DNA from: an uncultured Porphyromonas sp.
GTDB taxonomy: Bacteria; Bacteroidota; Bacteroidia; Bacteroidales; Porphyromonadaceae
Assembly: GCA_943912835.1 (NCBI GenBank)
Contig: CALTVJ010000002.1
Coordinates: 19,013-83,012, forward strand
DNA: 64,000 nt
Reading direction: 5' to 3'
In this document: in pieces, positions 1-8,476 of the stretch
Layout of the letters: each line of letters begins with the position of its first letter
Numbering within the stretch: position 1 is the first letter of the stretch
Translations under genes and position numbers: made by a program
Notes under the pieces: model-generated
What the model was told of the DNA's origin: nothing
Database searches by the model: none
The model's input: the letters and a program-made list of their open reading frames with translations, nothing else

Positions 1-1077
1 TTTATCTGTTTGTGACTTAAAAATGGGAACGAAATGACTATAATCATTAGCCATAACCTCTTCCATCAAGTCGGCTAGTTGATTGTGATCTTCACTTCTG
101 AAAAAAGCAACCTTCTTTCCTCCTTCGCTTGTTTCGTGAGCGTATTCTAAATCAGGAACTATAATAGGCCGTTTACCTTCATGAACTTCAATGTACTCAC
201 TTATAGGGAGCCCCCAAGTTTCGATTCTAGATGTAAAAACGAAACAATTAGCCCGTCTGTAATGTCCGTATAATGTTGGTTTGTCCATTAATCCTGCAAA
301 TCTTAGACAAGACAAGTTCTCCCATTTTTCTTTTAAATATCTCGCATACTTATTTTCATCTCCAGAGACTGTAATAATAACCTCAAATTTTTCTGACGAA
401 ATTCTTTTTTCTAAGATTTCTGTAGCTCTACATAAGGTTTGAAAGTCCTTATGTACATCTGCAGTTGCTGCATAGAAGAAAACAAATTTATTATTATTTA
501 TGTCTGCTTCTTTTTGATAAGAGATTAGATCTTTGCTGTTAGCATCTTTATTTGGTCTGGCTAAAATAATTTGTTCAGGTTGTAGGTCAAACATCTTTAC
601 AAAAGCTTGTCTTAACCACTCTTGTTGAACAATGATGAATCGATTCCTCTTTTGATTGATACCATAAATATATCGTGTCATTAAGCCAAAAAGAGGAATC
701 TTAGGATCTAGTGCTAGGTCACTCCATTTAATTTTATGAAAAGAAAATGGACTATGGCAATACACTGCCTGTACTTTAGCTTTAACCCTAGGCGTAGTAT
801 CATGGAGAGATAGCCACAAATCAATATCTCCAATACGCTTGCTTATTTTATGCATTTCGACGTACTCACACCATAAGCGATTAATCCAACCTTTTATTGT
901 TGAGGGAAACTCCAGATATTCGATATGGGGATAATCTGCTAACTTTTTATCATGGACTAAGGCAATCACTCTGCAATCACTTTTTTCTGATAGCAATGAT
1001 AGGTATTCTAGACATTGTCTGAGGATAGTGAGTGTTCCTCCTTTTCTGAGGTTTACTGCGGAAACAACAATTGTCAT
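1..1077 (-). CDS. Glycosyltransferase (GT family 1/4-like); C-terminus lies beyond the window start (partial)
   Basis: There is an ATG at 1075-1077 on the minus strand. The N-terminus translates as MTIVVSAVNLRKGGTLTILRQCLEYL, typical of polysaccharide-biosynthesis glycosyltransferases. The frame stays open to position 1 (final codons ...VPIFKSQTDK). It is absent from the ORF track because it runs off the window edge. Confidence 0.5.
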   Translation of the reverse strand, partial: MTIVVSAVNLRKGGTLTILRQCLEYLSLLSEKSDCRVIALVHDKKLADYPHIEYLEFPSTIKGWINRLWCEYVEMHKISKRIGDIDLWLSLHDTTPRVKAKVQAVYCHSPFSFHKIKWSDLALDPKIPLFGLMTRYIYGINQKRNRFIIVQQEWLRQAFVKMFDLQPEQIILARPNKDANSKDLISYQKEADINNNKFVFFYAATADVHKDFQTLCRATEILEKRISSEKFEVIITVSGDENKYARYLKEKWENLSCLRFAGLMDKPTLYGHYRRANCFVFTSRIETWGLPISEYIEVHEGKRPIIVPDLEYAHETSEGGKKVAFFRSEDHNQLADLMEEVMANDYSHFVPIFKSQTDK

Positions 1078-1090
1078 TTTTCTATTCTTC

Positions 1091-2014
1091 TTAAAACCAT
1101 TTAATTCGCTTTAGCCATATAAACGCTAAGCATGAAATTAGGATAGACACGATGATTATTGCTATGAAAGAGTAGTGCCAAGAATCAATGTGTACATTGA
1201 CATTCATTCCGTAGAAACTAGCAATCATAGTTGGTATAGTGAGGACAATCTGCAAACTGGTCATACGTTTCATTATTGTATTGACGTTGTTGGAAATAAT
1301 ACTTCCCAATGCCCCCATTGTACTGTTACAAATGTCTGTATATATATTTATAGTATTATAAGCTTGTCTGAGCTCTATAGTCACATCCTCAACCAAGTCT
1401 GGATCTATTTCACCTGAACGAGTCGCTGTTCTGAGTCGACCTAACATCGCCTCATTACCTCTGATGCTGGTACTGAAGTAAACTAAAGATTTTTGCAACC
1501 TCATAATACGTATTAGGTCTTCATTTCGAACGCTTTCTTCTAGTTCTTTTTCTGCTCGATTTATTTCCAAATAAATCAGTTTAAGATACTTAAGAAACCA
1601 TACAGCAGAAGAGTATATAATACGGGTTATAAAGTCTGCTTGGGAGGTGATGTTAATGCCTTTTCTCCGTATGTGATTAATAAAGTCAGGCATAAGTTGA
1701 CTCTTTCGATAGCAAAGAGTAATGGTACCTTTGGCTCCTGTAATAATACCAATTGGTACAGTCATATAGGGGAGACCTTGTATATTACTCTCTAAGGGGA
1801 TACGTAAGATGGTCAATTGCCAGTCGTCTTCCTTTTCTGTTCTCGGTCTTTCATCAACGTCAGCAATGTCCGATAAAAACTCTTGAGGTACTCCTAACTC
1901 TTCTGTAAGGAAATATAAGTCATCATCGTCAGGAAGTTCTACATTTATCCAGCATCCTGATTGATAATCTGTTAAATGTTCTATTGTTGTGCCAAGACTG
2001 AAGTATGTTCGCAT
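1091..2014 (-). CDS. corA: CorA-family Mg2+/Co2+ transporter
   Basis: The 307-aa product has two C-terminal TM helices with the signature YGMNV (GMN) motif, and the cytoplasmic N-domain is acidic. Confidence 0.85.
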   Translation of the reverse strand: MRTYFSLGTTIEHLTDYQSGCWINVELPDDDDLYFLTEELGVPQEFLSDIADVDERPRTEKEDDWQLTILRIPLESNIQGLPYMTVPIGIITGAKGTITLCYRKSQLMPDFINHIRRKGINITSQADFITRIIYSSAVWFLKYLKLIYLEINRAEKELEESVRNEDLIRIMRLQKSLVYFSTSIRGNEAMLGRLRTATRSGEIDPDLVEDVTIELRQAYNTINIYTDICNSTMGALGSIISNNVNTIMKRMTSLQIVLTIPTMIASFYGMNVNVHIDSWHYSFIAIIIVSILISCLAFIWLKRIKWF

Positions 2015-2208
2015 AGATCTTATTGCGGGGTAATTATCTACTAATTAGTTCAATTTGAACGGTGAAAATTGCCCCTGCAATGGTCTAACCTAAAACTCTG
2101 AGTAGGCAAGGGGCTTCGTTATAGCTGAGATATAGCTGCTCAGTGGATCGCGGGTCTTCCATCTGTGTTTATATCTAAAGTTGAGAGTATTTATGTGTTA
2201 AGAAGTAC

Positions 2209-2856
2209 TTATTCTTTGGGTGAAAACACAAATTCGCCAAAGAATTGAGGGCGATGAAAGGCGGGAAATTCCTCTTCAATGGGAGCCCAGCTCAGGTAAT
2301 GAGGGTGCTTTGTCTTATCTCCACATTTGTATAGATTCGCATACATTTTTTGAGGTATTTGATCATATCCCATAATTGACCAAGGGATGATCGTTGTAAC
2401 CTGCCAGGAGTGTATTTCTCCGTTAGATTCAAGTTTTTGACCAGAAAATGTTGCGATACGCTTAATTTGTTGAAATTCTTGATCTATGAAAGGAATGCTA
2501 TCTTTTATCGTCTTATGATGGGAAGCATAGCATGTGCCAGAAGCGTTAAATTCGAAGTTGATATAGCTTTCTCCTCGTTCTTTTTGCATGAAAAATTCGA
2601 CGCAACTGTCTTCATGGACGTATTCCCCATCTTGTTGAGCTTGCGTGCGAATATCTTTACCTCGAACGAAGAAAGATATCAGAATCCCCTCCTCACTATA
2701 TGCTATTGTTGCAGAGGCTATTGGGCTATATGGGTATTCTATCTCCCAATTCAGAGTGTCTATGTTTAGCCGTTTTCCCTGTGTTTCTATTTCCTCTTGG
2801 AGTGACTCGAGATCTTTTTCTAAGGTCTTTAAGTAGGGAATGTATGCTTTTTTCAT
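2209..2856 (-). CDS. Carbohydrate-binding family 9-like (DOMON-like) protein
   Basis: The 215-aa soluble protein resembles the Bacteroidetes 'carbohydrate-binding family 9' group of proteins. I cannot verify the match without a search. Confidence 0.35.
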   Translation of the reverse strand: MKKAYIPYLKTLEKDLESLQEEIETQGKRLNIDTLNWEIEYPYSPIASATIAYSEEGILISFFVRGKDIRTQAQQDGEYVHEDSCVEFFMQKERGESYINFEFNASGTCYASHHKTIKDSIPFIDQEFQQIKRIATFSGQKLESNGEIHSWQVTTIIPWSIMGYDQIPQKMYANLYKCGDKTKHPHYLSWAPIEEEFPAFHRPQFFGEFVFSPKE

Positions 2857-2875
2857 AATAATCTCTTTTAATTGA

Positions 2876-3571
2876 TTAATCTGTATTGCTGTGCTTTGAT
2901 ATTTCCAGTAATCTTTCGCTACTTGCTTCGCCTGTTATAAGAGATGCTGCTCCTGTTCCGATTCCTATAATTCCAATAGATGCTAGTATAATTGCTATTG
3001 TTCTGCTTATAATTCGTATCCCAGCATGTCCTGTTCTAGAGATTAACAATAATACAAAACTTGTTAATATATACCACCAAATCATACAGCCTAGTCCTAA
3101 CCCCAAAAGAGCTATAAATAATTCAAGTATGGGATTTGAAGTTTCTTGAACAAATTGAAACCTAGTATATAGAGGTAACATCAAAAGCATTATGAATGGA
3201 TTGCTGATTGTGACCAAAAAAGCTGTAAGCACTTTGCGAGTCCCATGAAGTTTGCTTAATCTTTTTGTTGGGTTGTGCTTGATCTCTTGTTTTGATTTTC
3301 TATATAAGAGTAAAGAGAAAGCAACGATAATTACTCCCCCAATAAGCCTGAGTATGCTGTCATATTGTACGACAAAATCCAAAACTAGACCTACTCCTAA
3401 ATAAACTACAAATCCATAGAGTATATCGCTCAGAGTTGCACCGACTCCAGTTAACAATCCTTCGTTTTTCCCTCCGTGGATTGTCTCTCGAAGGCATAAA
3501 ACGCCCACGGGGCCAAGAGGCGCAGATATAACGATACCAATTATGATTCCTTTTATAAGTGTTATAAGCAT
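2876..3571 (-). CDS. LysE/RhtB-family amino-acid exporter
   Basis: It has six predicted TM helices and a LysE-type N-terminus (IGIVISAPLGPVGVLCLRETI). The track start at 3589 is TTG. The in-frame ATG at 3569-3571 (MLITLIKG...) is the likely start and sits 8 nt downstream of a TATCTTTG box. Confidence 0.7.
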   Translation of the reverse strand: MLITLIKGIIIGIVISAPLGPVGVLCLRETIHGGKNEGLLTGVGATLSDILYGFVVYLGVGLVLDFVVQYDSILRLIGGVIIVAFSLLLYRKSKQEIKHNPTKRLSKLHGTRKVLTAFLVTISNPFIMLLMLPLYTRFQFVQETSNPILELFIALLGLGLGCMIWWYILTSFVLLLISRTGHAGIRIISRTIAIILASIGIIGIGTGAASLITGEASSERLLEISKHSNTD

Positions 3572-3595
3572 AACTTTACAAAGATACAAAAAAGC

Positions 3596-3964
3596 TTATA
3601 GCTCACCTCGATTGAGGCTCAAGTGAATGCTTGCATCTCTAATATCAGCCGGAAATGGAGGCTTTTGTTTGCAAAGTTCAATGTCGATATAAATAATTTC
3701 CTCAAAAGTGTCGAAAAGTCGTTTGCAGATTCGCCCTACGAGGTGCTCAAGTAGCAAAGATGGTATTTCCATTTCTTTTTTTATCGTGTAGTACAACTCC
3801 TTGTAGTTAATAGTTGTCTTAAGATCATCTGCATGAAGTGAGTCATAGTTGTTGATCTCTACCATTAAATTGATGATGAATAAATTACCAACTTTTTGTT
3901 CTTGTTGCAATACGCCGTGGTAGGCATAAAATTTCATCTCGTTAAGTTTGATGGAAAGCTTCAT
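3596..3964 (-). CDS. folB: Dihydroneopterin aldolase
   Basis: The sequence MKLSIKLNEMKFYAYHGVLQQEQKVGN matches FolB N-termini. The track ORF extends 26 codons further upstream, but the internal Met gives the canonical ~122-aa length. Confidence 0.8.
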   Translation of the reverse strand: MKLSIKLNEMKFYAYHGVLQQEQKVGNLFIINLMVEINNYDSLHADDLKTTINYKELYYTIKKEMEIPSLLLEHLVGRICKRLFDTFEEIIYIDIELCKQKPPFPADIRDASIHLSLNRGEL

Positions 3965-4123
3965 AATCTGATCTTTGATTGTTTCTTTACCGAATGAACA
4001 CATGCCCTTTCGGTTGCTTGAGTTCTGTTTTGCTACTAACAAGAAATGGATTCGGAAAAATGAAAAAAGTTGCTTGGGAAAGTGAACTTTTTCAAATCTC
4101 TGATTGTTGAATCATTATTTACC

Positions 4124-4795
4124 CTAAAGTAAATCTGGTCTTAACCGCCTTGTCCTATCTATCGCTTGTTGCATTTTCCATTCTTCAATTTTTGCGGCAT
4201 GTCCACTTAGAAGAATTTGTGGAACTTCCCACCCCTTGTAGTTTGAGGGGCGAGTGTATACGGGAGGGGCTAATAGGTTGTCTTGAAAGGTGTCGCTTAA
4301 TGCACTCTCTGCATCTCCGATTGCGCCAGGGATAAGCCGACTGATAGCATCTGTCATCACTGCAGCAGCAAGCTCTCCTCCTGTGAGGACATAGTCGCCG
4401 ATAGAAACTTCTTTCGTGATCAGATGTTCTCTCACTCTGTAGTCAATCCCTTTGTAATGTCCACAAAGAATGATAAGATTTTGGTGTAGGCTTAATTCAT
4501 TAGCCATATTTTGATTAAAAGTTTCTCCATCTGGTGAAGTGAAAATAATCTCATCATACACTCTTTCGTCTTTAAGGCTAGAAATAGCTCGTTCTATTGG
4601 CTCAATTTGAAGAATCATGCCAGCCTCACCGCCAAAGGGGTAGTCGTCTACGCGTCTATTCTTATTCGTGGAATAATCCCTTAGGTTGTGAATATGAAGC
4701 TCAAGTAGGCCATTTCTTTGAGCACGCCCCACGATTGAATGCTTTAGCGGAGCTTCTATTAGTTCTGGGACAACGGTGATAATATCTATTCTCAC
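4124..4795 (-). CDS. trmD: tRNA (guanine37-N1)-methyltransferase
   Basis: [11 protein letters not shown]...FGGEAGMIL and the SPOUT-knot motifs are present. The apparent start is GTG. Confidence 0.9.
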   Translation of the reverse strand: MRIDIITVVPELIEAPLKHSIVGRAQRNGLLELHIHNLRDYSTNKNRRVDDYPFGGEAGMILQIEPIERAISSLKDERVYDEIIFTSPDGETFNQNMANELSLHQNLIILCGHYKGIDYRVREHLITKEVSIGDYVLTGGELAAAVMTDAISRLIPGAIGDAESALSDTFQDNLLAPPVYTRPSNYKGWEVPQILLSGHAAKIEEWKMQQAIDRTRRLRPDLL

Positions 4796-4859
4796 GTTTT
4801 GCGTGTTTTGTTTGTTGAAATTTTTCTGTAAAGATAGTACCTATATCCGAATAATCCTT

Positions 4860-4867
4860 TATCTTTG
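4860..4867 (+). promoter_or_regulatory. Candidate Bacteroidetes -7 promoter box (TATCTTTG = TAnnTTTG) upstream of rsmE
   Basis: The box is an exact TAnnTTTG match 40 nt upstream of the rsmE ATG, in the divergent trmD/rsmE intergenic region. Confidence 0.35.
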
Positions 4868-4906
4868 GATGCAGAAACGGCGAACAATCATACTTAGTAA
4901 ATAGTC

Positions 4907-5644
4907 ATGCAAGATTTATCTCTTTTCTATGCTCCCAACGCAGAAGAAATATCTCTTTTGCCACAGGACGAAGCAGCTCATGCAACCCGTGTTTTAAGGA
5001 TGGGCTCTGGAGATTTGTTCTATGTAACTAACGGTATGGGAAAGATGTGGTTGGCGTCTCTAGGTGAAATAGATAAGAAAGGTTGTAGTTTTCACCTTTT
5101 GAAAGAAGAGCCTTATAGCCCTTACTGGAGAGGAGAAATAAATCTATGTATTGCTCCAACTAAGTCCATGGATCGTATGGAATGGCTACTAGAGAAAGCT
5201 GTTGAGATTGGGGTTAATAGGATTATACTGCTCAAAAGTAAGCATGGAGAGCGAAAACACATTAATGCAAAGCGCCTAGAGAAAATAATTATTTCAGCGA
5301 TGAAGCAGTCTAGAAAAGCTCAGCTCCCCGATCTTATTCTTGATGAATCTTTGGAGGATGTTTTGACGTCGTATCCCGAGAGTGATGTCTTGATGTTTCA
5401 TTGCCGAGATGAACAGGCACTTGCTTCACGTTTGCCATTTTATGAAAACTATACAAAAGTAAAAGATGTGACCTTGCTCATTGGCCCTGAAGGAGATTTT
5501 TCTATGGATGAAATCAAATTAGCAGAGGGTAAAGGGGCAAAACCAACGACATTAGGAGAGAGTAGATTGCGCACCGAAACAGCAGCGATAGTTGCCCTTC
5601 AGTGGGTGCATAGTTTACAGATGATAATAGAGTCTAAAAAATAA
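4907..5644 (+). CDS. rsmE: 16S rRNA (uracil1498-N3)-methyltransferase
   Basis: The product is 245 aa with a PUA-like N-domain, and the RLRTETAA motif is present near the C-terminus. Confidence 0.85.
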   Translation: MQDLSLFYAPNAEEISLLPQDEAAHATRVLRMGSGDLFYVTNGMGKMWLASLGEIDKKGCSFHLLKEEPYSPYWRGEINLCIAPTKSMDRMEWLLEKAVEIGVNRIILLKSKHGERKHINAKRLEKIIISAMKQSRKAQLPDLILDESLEDVLTSYPESDVLMFHCRDEQALASRLPFYENYTKVKDVTLLIGPEGDFSMDEIKLAEGKGAKPTTLGESRLRTETAAIVALQWVHSLQMIIESKK

Positions 5645-5670
5645 CAAGTATTATATAACCGTATCATTGT

Positions 5671-7533
5671 ATGGCACAAAGAGAAATCAAATTTAGCTTA
5701 GTCTACCGCGATATGTGGCAGTCTAGCGGTAAGTATCAGCCTCGTTTGGACCAATTGGAACGTATCGCTCCTGTGATTGTTGAGATGGGGTGTTTTGCTC
5801 GAGTAGAGACCAATGGAGGAGCTTTTGAGCAGGTGAACCTAATGTATGGAGAGAACCCCAATAAGGCTGTTCGTGGGTTTACAAAGTACTTCAATGCTGC
5901 AGGCATACAAACCCATATGTTGGACCGTGGTTTGAATGGTTTGCGTATGTACCCAGTGCCTTCGGATGTGCGTCGCTTGATGTATAAGGTGAAAAAGGCT
6001 CAAGGTGTAGATATTACGCGTATATTTGATGGATTAAATGACCCTCGCAATGTGATCCCCTCTATTCATTATGCCTTGGAGGCGGGTATGATCCCACAAG
6101 CAACACTCTGCATAACGCATTCGCCAGTGCATACAGTGGAGTATTATGCCGATTTGGCTGACCAATTCATTGCGGCTGGAGCTCCAGAAATATGTCTTAA
6201 AGATATGGCAGGGGTTGGACGTCCTGCTTTTCTTGGACGTTTGGTCAAGAGTATAAAAGACAAGCATCCAGATGTAATTATTGAGTATCACGGACATTCT
6301 GGTCCAGGTTTTTCGGTAGCTTCGATGTTGGAGGTTTGTCGTGCAGGTGCCGATATTATTGACGTGGCTATGGAGCCTCTATCTTGGGGGAAAATTCATC
6401 CAGACGTTATCACTATTAGAGAGATGTTGCATGATGCGGGCTTTAAGGTTCCAGAGATAAACATGGATGCATATATGCGAGCTCGCTCTTTGACTCAAGA
6501 GTTTATTGATGATTTCCTTGGTTTGTTTATAGAGAAGAGTAATTATTTGATGACTTCTTTGCTCGTTGGTTGCGGACTCCCTGGCGGTATGATGGGTTCT
6601 ATGATGGCAGACCTCAAAGGGGTGCATGCAGGTATTAATATGCATCTTAGAGCTAAGGGTGAGGCAGAGCTTTCTGTTGACGACTTGCTTGTAAAGCTAT
6701 TCAATGAAGTTGAATACGTATGGCCAAGACTGGGTTATCCTCCACTGGTTACTCCATTTAGCCAATATGTAAAAAATGTAGCCTTGATGAATGTTTACAA
6801 TCTTGTTACGGGCAAGGAGCGTTGGTTGGCTATAGATAAAAATACGTGGGGAATGATATTGGGTAAGAGTGGACGCTTGCCTGGACCTTTGGCTCCTGAA
6901 ATTATTGAGCTAGCTAAAGCTCAGGGGCATGAGTTTTCAACAGAAGACCCACAGAAAAATTATCCAGATGCTCTCGATGAATATCGCAAGGAGATGGACG
7001 AAAATGGTTGGGATTATGGACAAGATGATGAGGAGCTATTTGAGCTAGCTATGCATGATGCTCAATACCGCCTCTACAAGAGTGGTGTAGCCAAGCAGAG
7101 GTTTAACGAGGAGGTAGATAAGGCACGTGGCGAGGCTCTTATGAAGCAAGGCTATAACGAAGCTGAAGTCTTGAAGGCAAAGCGTCAAGGTACTGAGGCT
7201 ATTCCGGCTACTGCTACTGGTACTATTATCTGGGAGGTTGACCCTGTAGACTATTCTACAGCTCCAGCTGTGGGTACTGAGGTTAAGACAAATCAGCCTA
7301 TTTGCTACATTCAGACTTCTTTTGGCTCGATAGAATCTGTTATCTGTAATTTTACAGGGCGCTTAACTGAGGTTTTGGCACAAGGTACAACAATACGCAA
7401 AGGAGAAGCCTTGGCTTATGTTCGTCCAGCTGAGACTGAACAGTTTTTTGAGGAAGAGGAATCGGTACGCTTGAAGAGAGTTGAAAAACTTGAAGAGGTG
7501 AGACACGTGATTAACTCTGGACGTAAAAAGTAA
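5671..7533 (+). CDS. Carboxyltransferase of the oxaloacetate decarboxylase alpha / pyruvate carboxylase subunit B family, with a biotinyl-like C-terminal domain lacking the AMKM lysine
   Basis: The HMGL-like/5S carboxyltransferase domain carries the carbamyl-lysine motif (ICLKDMAG) and a His motif (YHGHSGPG). A conserved carboxylase middle domain follows. The C-terminal ~70 aa align to biotinyl domains, but the EAMKM hairpin is replaced by QTSFG. Confidence 0.75.
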   Translation: MAQREIKFSLVYRDMWQSSGKYQPRLDQLERIAPVIVEMGCFARVETNGGAFEQVNLMYGENPNKAVRGFTKYFNAAGIQTHMLDRGLNGLRMYPVPSDVRRLMYKVKKAQGVDITRIFDGLNDPRNVIPSIHYALEAGMIPQATLCITHSPVHTVEYYADLADQFIAAGAPEICLKDMAGVGRPAFLGRLVKSIKDKHPDVIIEYHGHSGPGFSVASMLEVCRAGADIIDVAMEPLSWGKIHPDVITIREMLHDAGFKVPEINMDAYMRARSLTQEFIDDFLGLFIEKSNYLMTSLLVGCGLPGGMMGSMMADLKGVHAGINMHLRAKGEAELSVDDLLVKLFNEVEYVWPRLGYPPLVTPFSQYVKNVALMNVYNLVTGKERWLAIDKNTWGMILGKSGRLPGPLAPEIIELAKAQGHEFSTEDPQKNYPDALDEYRKEMDENGWDYGQDDEELFELAMHDAQYRLYKSGVAKQRFNEEVDKARGEALMKQGYNEAEVLKAKRQGTEAIPATATGTIIWEVDPVDYSTAPAVGTEVKTNQPICYIQTSFGSIESVICNFTGRLTEVLAQGTTIRKGEALAYVRPAETEQFFEEEESVRLKRVEKLEEVRHVINSGRKK

Positions 7534-7553
7534 ATCATTGTTGCAATTACATA

Positions 7554-7591
7554 ATACTGGCTGTAAAGATTTGTTTCTTTACAGCCAGTAT
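7554..7591 (+). terminator. Stem-loop terminator after the carboxyltransferase gene
   Basis: There is a perfect 15-bp inverted repeat, atactggctgtaaag / ctttacagccagtat, with an 8-nt loop, 20 nt after the stop codon. Confidence 0.5.
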
Positions 7592-7666
7592 TGTATAATC
7601 ATAGCTGAACGATTAATCGGTAATATCTGTTTTAAATCTGAACTTTAAGTATAAGATTATTTACAT

Positions 7667-8368
7667 ATGAATAAAATGATTTCAATTTTTGGAGCAGCTA
7701 TTATGACTGTTTTTTCAACTCCATTGTTGGCTAAAGATCTGAGCTTAGTTGTCTTTCCCCAAGAGGTTGTAAATGAACCCTTCAAAATGGTTGCTCTTCC
7801 CTATAAGCTTGATGCATTAGCTCCTGTTATTAGCCAACAAACCATGGAACTACATTATGGTAAGCATCTGCAATCCTATGTTAATAACGTTAATAAATTG
7901 ATTGTGGGTACAAAATGGGCTAATTTACCCCTTGAAACAATAGTTAAGAAGAGCTCAGGTTCATTATTTAATAATTCGGGACAGTTACTTAATCATAATC
8001 TTTATTTTTTACAGTTTAGTCCTAATCCCCAGTCATTGATTCCTATAGGGGATTTGGGTAAGATGATTCAAAAGCAGTGGGGAACTTTTGATCGATTTAA
8101 AGAGGAATTCGAAAAAATGGGGTTAAGCTTGTTTGGATCAGGTTGGGTTTGGTTAAGTTTAGATAAAAAGAATAGACTTCAAATAAGTTTACATTCTGGA
8201 GGTGATAATCCTGTAACAAAAGGTTGGACTCCCCTTTTGGGTTTAGATCTATGGGAGCATGCATATTATCTTGATTATCAAAATAAACGTTTGGATCATA
8301 TTCGTAGTATTTGGAAAATTATTGATTGGTCTATAGTCGAGAGTCGGTTCAGTGTTTCTAGATGGTAG
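7667..8368 (+). CDS. Fe/Mn-family superoxide dismutase with N-terminal signal peptide
   Basis: The metal ligands are present: His in ELHYGKH, His in NHNLYF, and Asp/His in DLWEHAYY. The ~30-aa N-terminal extension (MNKMISIFGAAIMTVFSTPLLA) looks like a Sec signal peptide. Confidence 0.9.
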   Translation: MNKMISIFGAAIMTVFSTPLLAKDLSLVVFPQEVVNEPFKMVALPYKLDALAPVISQQTMELHYGKHLQSYVNNVNKLIVGTKWANLPLETIVKKSSGSLFNNSGQLLNHNLYFLQFSPNPQSLIPIGDLGKMIQKQWGTFDRFKEEFEKMGLSLFGSGWVWLSLDKKNRLQISLHSGGDNPVTKGWTPLLGLDLWEHAYYLDYQNKRLDHIRSIWKIIDWSIVESRFSVSRW

Positions 8369-8405
8369 AGGATTGTTAGAACTCTCATTTTAATAGCATT
8401 ATTCT

Positions 8406-8413
8406 TATCTTTG
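8406..8413 (+). promoter_or_regulatory. Candidate -7 promoter box TATCTTTG upstream of lysS
   Basis: The box is an exact TAnnTTTG match 64 nt upstream of the lysS ATG. Confidence 0.3.
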
Positions 8414-8476
8414 CAATAAAAGAGTACCGAAATAAATCTATTGGATTTTCTCTCGGTGATAATTATAATTTACTCC

